NCBI RefSeq assembly: GCF_037042905.1 | Contig: NC_087251.1 | Location: 31,188,001 to 31,252,000, forward strand | DNA: 64,000 bases | Origin: Lytechinus pictus | Lineage: Eukaryota | Direction: 5' to 3' | In this document: one piece after another, positions 1 through 15,059 of the stretch | How positions within the stretch are numbered: position 1 is the first letter of the stretch | Layout: every line of letters begins with the position of its first letter | Notes under the pieces: model-generated | Told to the model about the DNA's origin: nothing | Database searches by the model: none | The model's input: the letters and a program-made list of their open reading frames with translations, nothing else | Translations under genes and position numbers: made by a program

Positions 1-1073
1 CATATCAAAATGTGTTGCAAAATATACAGCACATAGGAAAATACTCATCAAACAACTCTAAAATATGTTATCAAATAAGAATCGATAAAAAAACTTTGTG
101 AAGTTCTCTCTTGTAAAATAAAACTACGAAATATCCCCTATTTTAATTATATTTATGCATGTACCTGGAAAGTTGCAAAGTGCATTGTCATTGAGGTGTT
201 CCCCATGAGTTAATGTATTTTACTCTTCATGATTTTTGAAAAACTTTGGAAATTGACCAAGCTTACTTTTATTTGGATGGATAATGAAATATTCCATATA
301 GAAATAACACAGTATTGGCTGGCGTGGCATTATTAAGTGTCAATTTTTGAAAAGGGGAAAAGTTTGCCAAAAATTTCAATCCATTTTGCAACAGTTACCA
401 GGTCTGGGTTGGAATGGGGGGGGGGGGGGGGCTTTGAATCTTAAGCCTGGTGCACACCACACAATCTGATCCAGTGAATTCTGATTTTCGAAGCAATTGT
501 AATAGAATTTGATATACATATACGTCCCAACCTATACAAATTTTAAATCTTCAGATGTAAGAATACTGAAATTGAAATTCCATTCTATTTTGAGCCTCCC
601 TGCAGAAATAAAAGCCATGATAAAATCATGACGTCAACCACAAGTTTTGCAGTAAAGCAGAATTCTAATTTTCCACCATTATGCCAAACTTCAAATAAAA
701 TTGTTTACTTCTAAGAACTTTCATATCTAATGGAAAATGCGATTTGCTAAAAATATTGATTTATCAGATTGTGTAGCGTGCAGCGGGCTTAACTACTGTA
801 AGCCAAAATATGACATTCTTGAAGTATAAGCTGAAATAATCAAGGTTTTGCATTTCACCAATTTCTACCTTGAAAATTTCTGCATGCTTAAATGTGCCTG
901 TACAGTGTACAAAAAGGTAATTGAAATAATGAGGGTTGACAAACAAAATTTAATAAATCAAGGCATTAAAGTTTTATATTGGCCTTGTACCTAAAAAGAA
1001 AATTGTACAATGATGCACTGCACATCAGCCTTCTAAGTTTGGATTACTTTCTACACTGTACAGTACCCATGAC

Positions 1074-1229
1074 CAGAGGTGGATCCAGGATTTCATAATG
1101 GGGGGGGGGGGGACAGAGCACATTTTATAATACAGGGGGTGCAGACAAACAAAATTGCTATATAAATGTAGGCTGATGTTAAATGGGCGATTCTCAAAAT
1201 ATAAAGGGGGGGGGCTGGATCCGCCCCTG
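1074..1229. mobile_element. Short TIR element (MITE)
   Basis: cagaggtggatccag / ctggatccgcccctg termini; flanks atgac/gtgac. Confidence 0.6.
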
Positions 1230-3099
1230 GTGACAAATATGAGCAGATTTCAGGAATGTCAGTTTTGGCTTGCAGAAAAAAAGGAGGGGGGGGGGTAGGG
1301 GACATCACAAAAGATTTAAAGAAAGGGGGGGGGGGCAAGTTTGTTTCTACATGGGCTATGATGTTTCACAGTATACAGGCACACTATGTGTACAAACAAG
1401 CATGACAATAAGGCAAGAATTTTTCATTTTCCAAGTGATTTATTAGCTATTTTCTCAAAGAAAAATATACAAAAAAAAATGACCAGCAGCCCAGAAGATT
1501 CATCCAAGTTGTATCACCATAGCAACTGACCCCTTGATTAAATGGAACAAACCCTAACCCTCACAAAATGACCTCAAGCCTGATCCTTGTGAGCTAGGAT
1601 CTTCTTGCCAAAACCACACAATATATGACATCATTACCAAAAGTCCTATTTTAAAGGGTACAGAGTGGGACACCGGACACTGTCACACATGATATACCGC
1701 ATCTTTAATGTAGGTGCTTTATTTTCAAGTTCAATGTTACTTTGTGTAGCCAAGATTATGCAAGACAATGCATTGATTTGTATAATGTTACTAAGGGTAA
1801 CAATTGTATTTTGGGTTACTTCCTTCCCCTACTCTTCCATCACCCCCTTCTCTTCCCCACCCCCTTATCTTCCCAATCCTATCCCCTTCTCTTACCCCAT
1901 CCCCACGTCTTACCCCACTCCCCTCTCCTCCCATACCATATGAATCAGTCTGTTTATCTCCTTTGTAGTCTTTCTTCTAATCCTTTAACAAAGCCACCAC
2001 CTTATTTCCTTTAATCTGCTCCCTTCCTCACTACCATATTCCCCTCCCCTCTATTCCCACTTTTCTCCTCCTTTTACAAGTTTAGCAGTTAATCCACTAA
2101 TTGTGCTCTCTCTCCATATCTCCCTGTACTATCCATCCAAGAGAGCATTTCATGAATATTTTTGTCAGTGGTTTTCACTGGCTAAATTCTGGCATGTGAC
2201 TGGCTTTATAGAGCAAATTAGCCTGTGATAATCACTGAAAAAAAATAACTTCATGAAATGCCCCTATATCTGTCAATCATCCATCATTTCACATCATTTC
2301 AACATTTATTATCCATGACTGATATTACAATGTTCTAAAATTTAATTAAATTAAAAGGTTTTTAGTATTATTTTCTTATCATTGTCATATCATTTCAAAT
2401 TATTATTCAATAATCTATTTGATTCCATGTTAAATGATTTTTAAAAATCTATTATTTATCTTTTGAAATTTAATTTATTTTCATTTAAAAAAAATTATTT
2501 GTTTTTTATCTTGTTCTGCTCTGAAGTGTCTTGAGCATCTAATCGAGATGGAAAGTGTTATTATAATTTGCATCATTAATTTATATTCATTTTTTCAAAT
2601 TTAATTTATTTCTTTTTCATTTTAATTTCATTATTGAAATTTTTTATTTTTTATTTATTTATTCATTTATTATTATTATTATTATTTTTTTTTTTTTTGG
2701 GGGGGGGTTTCTTTTTTAATGAGCAAATGAAAAATATTTCAATTTTGCATATAAATATACCCTTTTCTGTACATGATTCAATTGTGTCTCTGTGAACACT
2801 GCATTGTTCAAATATTTAGAAAGATGCAAATAGGAAAAAGAATACTTTGTTTTGAGTTTTGTTTTCTTTGTTTCCCTGTCAAGGTCATTCATTCATTCAC
2901 CATCATAAAGGAACCAAATGTTTGTGATTTTATACTACAGTTACGCCACAGTTTTGAAAGTGGGGGGCTGACCATGCAAAATCACAATCTGATGGTCGTT
3001 TTTCCATTTTTGTACATATTTTTATTGTTGAAAAGGCCTCCCATCCCCAAGTTGAAGCCCCTGTATTGTATCCATCACTCCACCACACAACTCTGAGAG

Positions 3100-5470
3100 A
3101 TAAGGCGAAAAGAGATGGCGTTGGCAAGATATGTGAATCTAGATCTAATAGGTTGGACCCTCAACATAGGCTCATCATGAGGAAGTGCACTTTATTTCCC
3201 ACAATGATTTGTAATACCCAATCAATCATTACAATACAATGCTTGTATCCTAGTCATGAAGTGCAATGTCAAATTTCACAAACGACAACCAACAAAAAAC
3301 TGGAAGTAGGAATCGATTTCTTTAGCCAAGGAGTTGTTACGAAGCAAATTTCTTGAGACGGCACACAACGAAATTTCTCAAACTGCATCCAGATGGGACG
3401 TGTAAACCATTTCTTTAGCCAAATGTTCAATGACACTGACAGTCGGAAAAATGTAACAGAAGAATTTCACGGGCAACATCCAATAAAATTTCTAAGCCTC
3501 GATCCAGCGGAATGTAGGAAACAACCTTATTAACCACAGGGTCATTGACAGCTGGAGCAATCTACCCATCAATTGAAAGACAACTGGATCAACTAAATGC
3601 CTCCCCAACATAGCAACCTCTCTCACATAAATCCAGCCAAGTAAACATATCCAATTCTCATCACAAGGATATGACTTTAAGTGCTCCCTGAGGAAAAAAG
3701 AAACCCCTGACGATGCAACAATTGATGAAACATGGAAATCTGAGAGTTTAGAAATGAATATTGACAATCCGTTGGATCACTGCCCAATCACAGACCAGAA
3801 GGGGGATGAGGAGTCCAGCATCGTATACTCATGTCAAGCCCAAGGATCTGGTTAAGAAACTTCAACTTCCCTGAGACATCATCAGAGGGACCACAAACAA
3901 AATGAAGGAACTGATTCTAGGAAGGTCTCCAAATGCTTTGTATCTTATTACAAAGACAGAGAAAGACTCGCAAGATCCCATGAAAGATAACTAGATGGCA
4001 CAAGATCAAGAGATGCAGATGTTGTCATTCTGGATCATTTCCAGTGGAGGTCAATGAACAAACGATCACCTTGCAGTTTAGCATCACCGATACTTGGAAG
4101 GCACAAGCAACCTGAATATTAAACTGATTGGAATTGATAGGTCCTCTTCCCAATATAACTGACAAGGGTAAGCAGGAGTACCATGAGCAAATTTTGAATG
4201 AACTACTATTCAATTCTTTCCAAGGAAAGTGTTGGCTCCTAGACAAAGAATAGGAATGTTGACAATGGCCTCCAAAAATTCCCTTACTAGAATTTAAACA
4301 AATATGTGACTTGAAATGATGTATTCAAGAGCTCTGGACCTCAAACACAAGATGAAAAGAACACCATTCCTCTTGGTCGGACACCCAAGGGGAGAGGGGG
4401 GGGGTCACACTCACCACACCATGTGCTACCCAAGCGTGTCCACAAAATATTTTTTTTTTTTTACTGCTAATGGAGTATTTCATGTGATACCACTTTGTCA
4501 AATTTGTACCCCTAATGGTTCTTTTCACGCAATCCCTTAAGTGCAATTGTACCCTGATGGCATTCCAGTTTAGAAATGGACCCTACTATATCATATTGAT
4601 AATTAAAATCTGTAACTTCAGGAGATTTCCATGGCGATATTCAAATCTGCATTTTAACATTTAGATGGAATTCAATTTGATACCCCAACATCAAGGACTG
4701 GATTTAATTTTTGATACCCTAAAATCGAATGAAGTAAACAACAAAAAAACCCATCCCATTTTAAGGGACTGAAAACAGATTCTTTTTTATGCTTTTGTGG
4801 ATGCGCTTGCATAGCACTCAATGTGGAGTATATGACTGATGAGGATCGTCAAAACTTTGCCAGATTTCCGAACGTAAAACACAAAGATGTCACATGTAAA
4901 TGAAACAAAATTCTGAAAGTCAGCAGCCCTCTCATTAACCGTAGGTCAAAAATTCATCTCTTCTCTTCTTTGTGCAGACTCAAAAAGTATCCTCACTGGG
5001 CCAAATTGGAGTGCAAACTGGTTTTTGATCGATCTTGATCAATGCTGAGTCCCAAAGCCGTGCTCCATTGATGAAATAGACAACGTGTTAAAGTCCCATT
5101 ACAAATATCAACAAGAGATGACTAAAAAATTACAACAGCAAGGCACTCGTGTAATTGCTTGAAGAGTAAACGGCAATTGCGGGAAAGATGGAAATCAAAA
5201 TCTGACATTGCACTTCTAAAACTAGATTCTAGACTAATATGTATTGCTCTGATTGAAGGAGCATTGTATTTTACTCATTGTGGAAAAAAACCATTGAAGC
5301 ACACAATGCTCATAAAAAATGGGTTGAAACTTTACATCCGAAAGTGAGTAAAAAGACATTTTGGTGGATGAACCGATATTGAGAAGCCACCTTCATCACG
5401 GTACCTCTCCAACGGAGCCATTGAACCTCTACTCATTCTGTGATTTCATGATGGTACGTGTATTTTCACA
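3100..5470 (-). mobile_element. Possible highly decayed LINE (L1/Tx1-like) remnant interrupted by a MITE
   Basis: Less AT-rich tract with weak motif traces (DFN near 5090, AKE..IW..RN near 3370-3420); no long ORF. Confidence 0.3.
4403..4837. mobile_element. MITE-like element with imperfect ~45-bp TIRs
   Basis: gtgctacccaagcgtgtccacaaaa (4423-4447) vs ttttgtggatgcgcttgcatagcac (4793-4817). Confidence 0.55.
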
Positions 5471-8400
5471 AACGTGAGGCTTATGGTGAAAGGACCCAGA
5501 TAAAATTTGAAATATTAACTCAAATTAGCCTGTCCAAAAAATTAACATGTACAGAAAAAGGGAATATCTTTATCACAAAATTGTTCATACTGCTCTATTA
5601 CAGCTCTACAATTAATAAAAGATCAAAGTTTGTATTTAATTTCCTTAACATTTTTTTATCTTCTTAGCACATTATTACATCAGTCATGGCAAATATCATG
5701 TTGAAATGACGTGAAACAAATAATTCAGAGAACAGCTATAACAGATAGTACAGGGATGTATATAAAGAAAGAACACAATCAATGGATCAACAGATAATGC
5801 AAGTATTGTCACTGTAAAAGGAGAGGGAAAAGTGAAACATGAGGGGAGGAGGGTGGAGTAATGAAGAAGAAAGAAGATTTGGGAATAAGAAAGGAAATGG
5901 CTAGATGTACAAGGAAGAATAGAAAGACTACAATAAAGATCAACAGAATGAGACACATAGCCAAGAAAAGGATTTAAGAATGGGGAGACGGAAAAAAGAT
6001 TGCAGTCATTTTTCTTTAAGAGAAAGAGCAATGGAGATTTTGTATATTAAGTCCCGTTGAATTTATCAAAATTGCCTTTAGAAGTATTGTTTTGATAGAT
6101 TTACACGAAAAGGATTTCATGTTAAAGATAAAAGAAAATGCCCAAATTCAGAAAATGCAAATGTGGTAAAGCATGGATAAACAGCCCAAAGTGCACGATA
6201 ACACTGCACAATATTTCTAAAAAAATTATCCCACACATAATAATTACTGAAAAACCTATTGCATTGTCTTGCATACTCTTGGCTACACAAAATATCATTA
6301 AAATCAGAAATAAAGCACTTACATTAAAGGAAGCTGTATACCATGCACAACAGTGTCCGGAGTCCTTCTCTGCACACCCCAAAAATAGATCTCTTGGTAG
6401 TGACGTCACTAATTGTGTGATTCTGGCAGGAAGATCCCAGCTCAAACCAGACAGAAGCCATGTTTGTGAGTTCAAGGGCCTATCCCATTAATCGATGAGG
6501 TCAACTGCTATGGTCTTCCAACTTGGATGAATCTTCTGGGCTGCTGGTCTTACATTCTTTTCAGGCAAAAAAATAATCAAATCATGAATACAAAGCAAGC
6601 ATAGACAAAGCATAGTACAGACAATCAAAACACTCTAGGGCAGGTCCAAGCTATCTGACATATTGACATAAAGAGAAAAATCAAAGAGGTGTTTCACGAA
6701 GATGTATGCATGAAAAAAAAATCACTCTTAAATTCCAAGTTATGCGTGGAAAAAAATGGATCACGCTTGTGGAATATGTTCTTCTGCATATTTATCAATG
6801 AGAATGCACATTACATCTTGTGCACATTAACACTTAAGCATAACTTTTAGTCAGATTTAACTGTTTGTGAAAACCTCTCTGGATTTTAATTTTTCTAGTA
6901 GATTTAACTATTTGTGAACACCTCCACTGAATTTATGTTTTTCTAGTGTAATGGACTTTTCATGGATTAAAAATGACACAAAAATACAAAGTACCTCACT
7001 ACCTCTCTAACACTACTTAATGTGCAGTATTTGACAGCACCATATATCACTGGCTCTGTAGGAAATTTGAAAAAGACTATCTAATAAAAAAAAATCCCAA
7101 ATGAACAGTTCCAAAGCATGGTAATATATATATATATATATCAATACATAATTTCACCCATAAAATCTGTCAGAAACTGTGTAAGCATCGACTTCATAAT
7201 TCTGATATCAATACAATGAACACAGACAAGCTGATCTGAATTATGAATATATTGTTGGTATTCATCCAAACTATTGTATCAGTCAGTCTTTGAGATTTTG
7301 CAAAAAATGAAAGTGGAAGACTCGTTCTATATATGTGACAAAAGTTCTATGTAGTATTTTGTTTCAGTTTCTCAGATATGAAAAAGAATTTCAATGTATA
7401 GGACACACAAATTTTGTACCAAATGTGCCTTTTCCCTAAAAATGTGTACTGTAGCAAAGCAAAAGTGTATTCCCTATGGCATCTTAGTACAGAGGAAATA
7501 TAGTAGACCGTTCAGACCAAAATTACAAGCATATAGCTCTCCAGCATTATTTCCTCCTAATTCTTAATTTGAGTAAAAACAAATATACACGATTTAAGAA
7601 GAGATCTTGGGCATTACTGTCATGTACTTTTAAAAGAATGAATTTCTCACATGACACTTCCACTTCACAAAAAGAGGAAATATGAGTTTTGCACTGTTGC
7701 ATCAATGATAAGACACTTTGAATGATCACCAACGATATGACTTAATAACCACTACAGATTGAACAAGCATTCAATAAGCATTATGGAACATTGAATGACA
7801 ATCATGCAACAAATCTATTATGGATATTATGTTTAAAATGCAAAAGGCAGCTGCCACGTCCGCACACAGGGTTCTGAAAGAAACTTTGACCAATATAATT
7901 TTTGCCATCTATCAGAATCGGAATATTCAATACTTTGGTTGTTGCAGATATAGGCATAAACAAATTGGTAATAAAGACTATTAAACAATGCCAATACATG
8001 ACATTTTGTACACAAAGAATATCCTTTATCTCTATCTAGCAATCAAAATAGATAATATTGAAAATTGATAAAAATTGGGCAGAAAATATAACAAAATTCA
8101 TGGCAAAAAAAAAATATATATATTATGCCCATAATTCGGGGGGGGGGGGGGGGGGGTAATGTTTGTGTTTAAGGAGAATCCAACCCAAAATTAAAATGGT
8201 GTGTTTACAGGAAAAGGAAATATCAGTCAAGGCAAGATGATGGTGAAAGTTTGAACACTATCAGACAAACAATAAGAAAGTTATGAATTTATAAATGTTA
8301 TTAAAAAAATTGTTATATAAAAAAAAATGAAAATCTGTATTATATTGTTGAAAATAGAAATACTCCAAAAATTAATTTTGCCCAATTGATCATGGGCCCG

Positions 8401-10984
8401 GCAGCCACTGGGCAGCACCAGATCGATGTAGCTCTATATACCTTGAACTGTTGAACACCAAACAGGGTAGCAGCAACTCCCCTCTTTTAACGTCTTTTGG
8501 TCTGACGTGGCCGGGGTTTTAACTCCCGGTTGTGAGCCAACATATGGAGACTTCAAACTAACCATTTTCAAACCAAATTGCAATTTAAATTCAAATTTAA
8601 AATTAAAATGTTCTTCTTAAAACGACCATATCTATTGTATTGCTTTTCCAATTTCTTCCAATCTTTCACCATTCTCTTTTTTTTCCTGATTTTCCTGATC
8701 CTCTACACACCATTTTATGACCAAGGTTGAATTCCCCTTTAACAATTCTACGACAAGTAGATCCAGGGTAAAAAACCAGAGATAAAACTCAATAGGCGAA
8801 AACTCTGGAAAACCTTTGGATCCACTTTTGCAGAATAAAAAAAAAAAAAAAAAAACCACAGAAATAACAATATCAAGATAATGTTAAAAAGCAAAATTAC
8901 TCCATAAATAGCTACTATAGGCCTTGATACCATACTGTTTTATGAAGCTTAACACTAAATAAATCAGTAAAGTGAAATATTTAATGAATTTTTTCTCTGC
9001 TTTGTGCAACTGTTGACACCAAATTTGTGATGACCGGGTATGCAGTTCTGAAATTACCCAAAATTACTTCCGTACATGTCAGTCAGGTAAAAAATTGCTC
9101 AAAAATGTGATTTCTTATACACATCCAATGCCTATTCTGTTTCGATCCCAAATTAATGATATTTTTTTTCTGATCAATTTCCATTCATTTCATATTGTTT
9201 GTGATCAAAAGAGTGTTGCTGACAATTTCCATTGAAAAAAATTCAAGAAGTCAATAAACAATACAATACATGAGAAATTAAAAAAAAAACCCAATAAAAT
9301 ACATAAGAAAAACACTATTAAAGGTTTTACCCTGCAATATTTGTCAACTATTTCAAAGCTTATGCACAAACTATTGATTTGAGATGATAGCTTGGACCTG
9401 CTCCTTGAAGCTATACAAATATCATATTAAAATCCATTACAAAATATAAAGTAAAACATGGTGTTTGCTTCTCTACATACCAGGGCTATATAACACAAAA
9501 GTTTGTGATGAAATGCAAATATAGAACAACTATTCTGATTGTTTCCTGGTGCATGTTACAATGATCTTGATTGGTCACTGCAATTACAGTACACAAACAA
9601 ACCCGACATTCCATATAGAGGATGATTGTGTCATGTCCTTTCCTGGTAGACTATCTCTCTCATTCATGCTTGGAAGATGATTAACATCAGAAAGGGGGTG
9701 TATCCATGAGTGACATGACTGCAGATCTATGTAAAGTGACAGGATAAAATATTGTTTCAATACAATGCTTTTTCAAAACCACCAATAATCTTAGTGTGAT
9801 ACATGGACAAAGGAAACAAATGAAACATTTAAATCATCATTTTCCAAATCTTTTATTTGATGGGTTTGCACCATTGTATGTACATATATCAAGAAAATGG
9901 ATGAATCTTCTTCAGGTAAAAGAAGTTTTAAAGTCAGAAGAGAGAGAGAGAGAGAGAGAAAAAAACAACCAATTTATTCACATATTACTTTTACAGCTCA
10001 ATGGTCATGAAATTTGCAATTTAAAGCAGTTGTTAAGGCACATAAAGTAATATATTAAAGATAAATTATATCTTCTTTTTAGTATATTCATTACATTTTT
10101 CTCTACAACTTAGAAACAAAAAAATCTTGAAAAAATAATGTACAATTTTCTCATAGGTTACCTTCAATGTTGGATTTTTGTTTAAATTGGCAAATTATTC
10201 CTATTTAATTGGACGGGTCAAACGTCACAGCCTTGGCAAAACCATTTCCTCTGCATGCACTGTATGTGCGCACATTAATTGAACATTTGTAGTAACTAAT
10301 TGGGTTGGGGTAATAATTGGAGTTGAATCTGGATAGAGTTTGTTGTCTTTTCTGCTTTTCATTTTTCACTATTACCATATTAGATGTAATAGATTTCAGA
10401 GTTTGTCTAGTATTATTCTTGGGCAAACCGGTTGAGTTATCTGCCAAAATACCCACACAAGAGGGATGGTTCTTACTTTACACTGAAATTCCCATATCCA
10501 CAGCTTGTTGTACCTGTTGATCAAAGAATTGTGATTATTGCTGGGAAATCAAGCCTGCTGGTTGTATAGCAGGTTGTGCAATAGTCACCGGATTGAATAA
10601 GATGCATGCTCTTGACTTACCTTCTGATTCATCCATATCTTTCACAGCCTTCTCCTTAGCCTGATCCATTGCAAGGTCAATAGGCCCTTTATGTTTGGCA
10701 AGATGACGTTATTGGTCAGAATCCATTCATCCCTCTTCTAGCATTCTCTACCTTGTTCTGCTATATAGCAAAAGGACAAAAAATAAAGGGTATTCAGTGA
10801 GATAATGAATACGCCAAGTGATATCATAAATGTTTTTTTTTTACTTGTTGCAATATTTACGGTAGTCACTAATCAAATATCATATCAAGAATGCTTCTTA
10901 GAAATGGAACTTGGACCACCAAGCTTTATGATTGATCATATAGTTGATTTTGAATGATTGATTGCAGAAAGTAATCAATTTAAA

Positions 10985-11180
10985 TATCATCATCATCAAC
11001 AACTATCAACTATCACCATCATCATAAACATAATTATCATCACCACCACCATCATCATCATCATCATCATCATGATTGTCAGTGTCAACATCATATTCAA
11101 CATTGCCATCATCATCATTACCAATATATTCTTTATCACCATAATCACCATCAATATCATCATCATCATAATCACCACAA
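10985..11180. repeat. Imperfect (CAT/CAC)n trinucleotide repeat
   Basis: Directly visible. Confidence 0.9.
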
Positions 11181-11496
11181 ACTATATTCCGATGACTATC
11201 AACGAGTAAGGATGTGCTTTGTACCCTCTCCCTGTTTTATATACATGTATGGTATCACGGTTAATTATCTACTCAATCCAGTCCAGACCAATTTTGGCAT
11301 ACCATCTGTATGAAGACATATTTAGTTTATTTCTTTGAAAAATCGATGAACAGTTGTTAGCAGTTTTAAGAGCCGATTTCATTTGTAACTTTTCAAGTGA
11401 AAGAAATACAAGAATTGGCAGTGATCTACAAGAAGAAAGTGAGTTGAAGGAAGGAAAGAATGAAAGCCCCATTTTTACTGACTTTCCTCATACATA

Positions 11497-11790
11497 GCGC
11501 AAGAAAACATTGTTTTCCTGGGGATGCCAGAAAGTGGACAAAAGGAAGAAAACACAAAGGAAATTTTGAACAAATTTCTAATACAGTTTCTCACAAGTTC
11601 ATCATTTCCACACTATCCACACACCATGTCCTACTACGGCAAAGTTTCTCAGATTTGCCGAAAAGGTAACAATAGAAGCCAATGCCAAAGTGCTTCAGGG
11701 GATCAGTATGTACATTACACAAGATTTACCCTAAAGAATAAGAGGAATGAAAGCACAAGCTCCCACATTATAAGTGGCAAGAACGACCTG
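11497..11790 (+). mobile_element. Decayed LINE ORF1p-like (RRM/CTD) fragment
   Basis: Across frameshifts: ENIVF/PGMPESGQKEENTKEILNKFL ... PCPTTAKFLRFAEKVTIEANAKVLQGISMYITQDLP*RIR, matching N...GIPE...PRP...KF....K......L.G....I..DLP of LINE ORF1 proteins. Confidence 0.65.
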
Positions 11791-14027
11791 AAAACTTGTT
11801 TATTTCTCGAAAGTTGAGCCAGCAAAATTCTTTGTCGCAGGCAAATGGGTTTCACGCAAGAACCTAGAGAGACTAATGGAAACCTGTGAAACACCGAATA
11901 GTGTTGTAGTGAGCCCCCATCCCTACAAGACACCCTGGGATCCACCAGGTTTAGGATGGAGCTGGGTGGAGAATAATATACAAAAGCATGTGACAGGCAT
12001 CCAGCTATATTACAAGGAAGATATATGTAAGGAGTGACGAGGTTTCAGTCTGAGAAGTCATAGTAGTAATAGAAAATAGTGGTATTGATTCTGGAATGGC
12101 AGCAACACAACAAGAGCGGTATCCAGGCGCAGTAGGAAGAGAAAATAGAAAAGAATCTTATTCTGCAACATTAATTAATTTTATTTACCAAAAATTGGTT
12201 GACGCAAATTACTTCAGGATGTTAACTGATAAAGGGGTTGGTATCACACAAAAACATACAATCCTCAATACTGAAGTCAGGTAGCTTCATAATAGGGCAG
12301 TTTAAAAAATCAGTGAGTAATACCCACAAATGTTAACTTTCCAGTTAATAATAAAGAGCAGGAACAACTAGAATTCTTGAATTTTATTATCCAGATTTTA
12401 GAAAGGAAGAAATTCCAAATCAAATATTATATTATAGGTCAGGTCTCTCCAATACTGTCAGGGATATATATCCAGCAATCCCAATAGACATATGGCATTT
12501 CAAAAAATGTTTCAAAGAAACAATTTACATATCTGTACCACTTCTCTTTTTCAAGAACTAGCTATGTACAGACCAGATAGCAGCATTAACTTTGTTGTAC
12601 AGACACTGAAGCAGATCAAGGATACAGATCTATGAGGATATCGCATGTCATACATTAAATGGGGTGAACTGCACCTTGATGTACAATGTATTTACAAGTG
12701 CAAAACAGCAAGACATTGTCACTGTTGACACAGATAAGAAATCAGTTGTAATTGGGAATTAACTATGTTTTCAACCTAACATTTAACATTGAAAGTGTTA
12801 TACACGAGAAATACATGAGAAATTTTTAAACTATAATATAATACAAATAAGTTGTGCCTTGTGTTCATTCGGCTTAAAAAGCCAACAGCAGTTGGTGAAA
12901 CCTCGTGACCACAGAGAATGGAAAGTTTCTATTTTATAATTTTCACCATTTCCAGAATAATGATTCACAAAGTTCTGACTAATACTTGAAGATAACTTGA
13001 TGAATCATAATATTCATGGATGTAGTAATACCTTCATTATCAGATGATAACTAAGAATTGCTAATAGAATTGAATGTCAAACTAATACTACATTCCATCA
13101 CACCTAAAATGAAGACAGATTACTGGAAGAGTTTAGGTAAAGATAAAGAGACTATAAGCGAGGACTTGGGGAGGTAGGTGAAAAGAGCGGTTCTAGGACA
13201 ATTACCTCCCGGACAACTACCCCCTGAGGACAACTACCCCCGAGGACAACTACCCCCGAGGACAATTACCTCCGAGGACAATTACCCCCCGGACAATTAC
13301 CCCCCCAAGGATAATTATTATATTCTCGAGTATCTTAGAATCAAACGATCACCGCTGTAAGAAGCCGTAAAAAGTCAGCTTCATCTGCAAATCTTTACGA
13401 AACCCAGAACTCGTACAAACGCATCGCTCGTACGATCATAATTGTTATGTCACCGTAGCATAAGATCATTCATTTTGGCAATCTTCGTATGACCAGCACA
13501 ATTTTTTTCTTGGCTCGCCATGTAGGCCGCCAAAAGATGTGATTGAAGCTTTTACATTCCAATGTAAATGTCGCGCAGCTGAATAACCGCTACTTCCCGT
13601 GCGTTCAGGCGTGCTAAAATAGAGGGGGAAAGAACAAGAGATTTGAATGAAAATGTAAAACTATATTAAGAAGGTATAAAGTGATACAATGGATTTGTTG
13701 TTGTTGTTTTTTAAATGCTGAATAAAGAATATTCCAGCTTATAACATCCTACTGGGGTTTGAACTTCGTTTGTAACAATAATCGACACGGCGCAAATCCT
13801 ACATAACAGTTTGCCTTATTATTAGGTTTTGGTATAACTGTTTTGTGTTTGAACAGAGGTATTATCATAATTATCTGGCGCGCGCGAAATATCTGTAGTG
13901 TTGATTTCTTTTATGAGAATGCTCTACTTAATCAATGGCAAAATTAAAAGGGAATTGGGAGACTTTTCTATGCAAACCATATGACCCGCCATTGATTTGG
14001 TACATGAGTCCGTCACTATTTGCAAGG

Positions 14028-14175
14028 ATGGAGTGGGTACAGACGGAAAGGGTTCGGAGGAAGCTCCTCTTGGATGGATTTCTATATGTAAAACAAAAGA
14101 ACCTTGCTGATGGATTTGAAGGCTTCGAGTGCGAGCTAAGAAGAAATAAGCACCAGTGCAAGGCACGGGTTAAGT
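14028..14175 (+). pseudogene. MULE transposase N-terminal FLYWCH-like zinc-finger fragment
   Basis: MEWVQTERVRRKLLLDGFLYVKQKNLADGFEGFECELRRNKHQCKARVK fits the L..DG(F/Y).Y....C..R....C.A pattern of FLYWCH domains at the N-terminus of animal MULE transposases. Confidence 0.75.
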
Positions 14176-14517
14176 TAAGTATTGCCATGGACTTATTTAG
14201 CCCAGCAGTAATCTATCACAAATTAATATTGTTTATTTTAGGGGCGTGGAGCATATTTGAAAGGGTGTTAGCTAAGAAAGAAATTTGAGGGAAATTTAAT
14301 CCATGATATCCCATTGCCTGTTTAAGGAATCTTATTCAAGAGGATTTAATGGATCTTAATATATCCAGTTTAGAAATCAATTTACAAACATAATTTCAGG
14401 TCGCACATCAAACTTTTTCATTATTTGAATTACACATCCTGTTGTGTGGAGAAAAATATAAACATACTTGCTGGAGACTCAACCCCTTCCCACTTGTCAC
14501 GACCTGTCTACGCCCTT

Positions 14518-14698
14518 CAGGGGCCGCGGAAGCGGGGGGCTGGGGGGGTGGTGGTGCTTCAGCCCCCCACTTTTTTTCCATAACCGTGTACAAAAACATA
14601 AAAATGACCATAGGATTGTGATTTTTTGCATGGTCAGCCCCCGGCCCCCCCACACTTTTGACTCAGCCCCCACTTTGAAAACCGTTCCGCGGCCCCTG
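14518..14698. mobile_element. Short TIR element (MITE) inserted inside the MULE
   Basis: 14-bp perfect TIR caggggccgcggaa/ttccgcggcccctg; 5-bp flanking duplication CCCTT (14513-14517, 14699-14703); partial inverted relative at ~2940-3062. Confidence 0.8.
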
Positions 14699-15059
14699 CC
14701 CTTGATTTCAATAGATATGTTGCAATACTTATGAACAGGGAGGTAGATTGAATTTTGTCAAAGAGGTAGTTGGGTTGGGGAAAGAGGAGAATACAGCCAT
14801 GGTGTGAGAAAAAAACACAAGGCATAGAGCGTGAGATTTTTGGACAGGAGATCTTCCGCTGAAAATGTGAAGGTTGGAGTATTTGAAGTATTACCAGAGT
14901 AGTTCTAGAGCTATAATCATTTATCTTATCGTGTGTGCATGATGTGGTATGCAGGTTTCAAATATGATAAGTCAAGGTGACCGTGACACATAGGCGGTTC
15001 AAGGGGGGCTCAAGGGGCCCGGTCCCCCCTATTGGCGGAGCCAAAAAATGAAAGCGAGG

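Noticed and set aside
4836..4856. CTGATGA hammerhead-like core (also 63703-63720 and minus strand near 21515)
   Set aside because: No correctly placed GAAA with a convincing helix II and helix I.
13178..13360. ORFs with GQLPP/DNYP repeats (also 24765-24995)
   Set aside because: Translation artefacts of the transposon's terminal tandem repeats.
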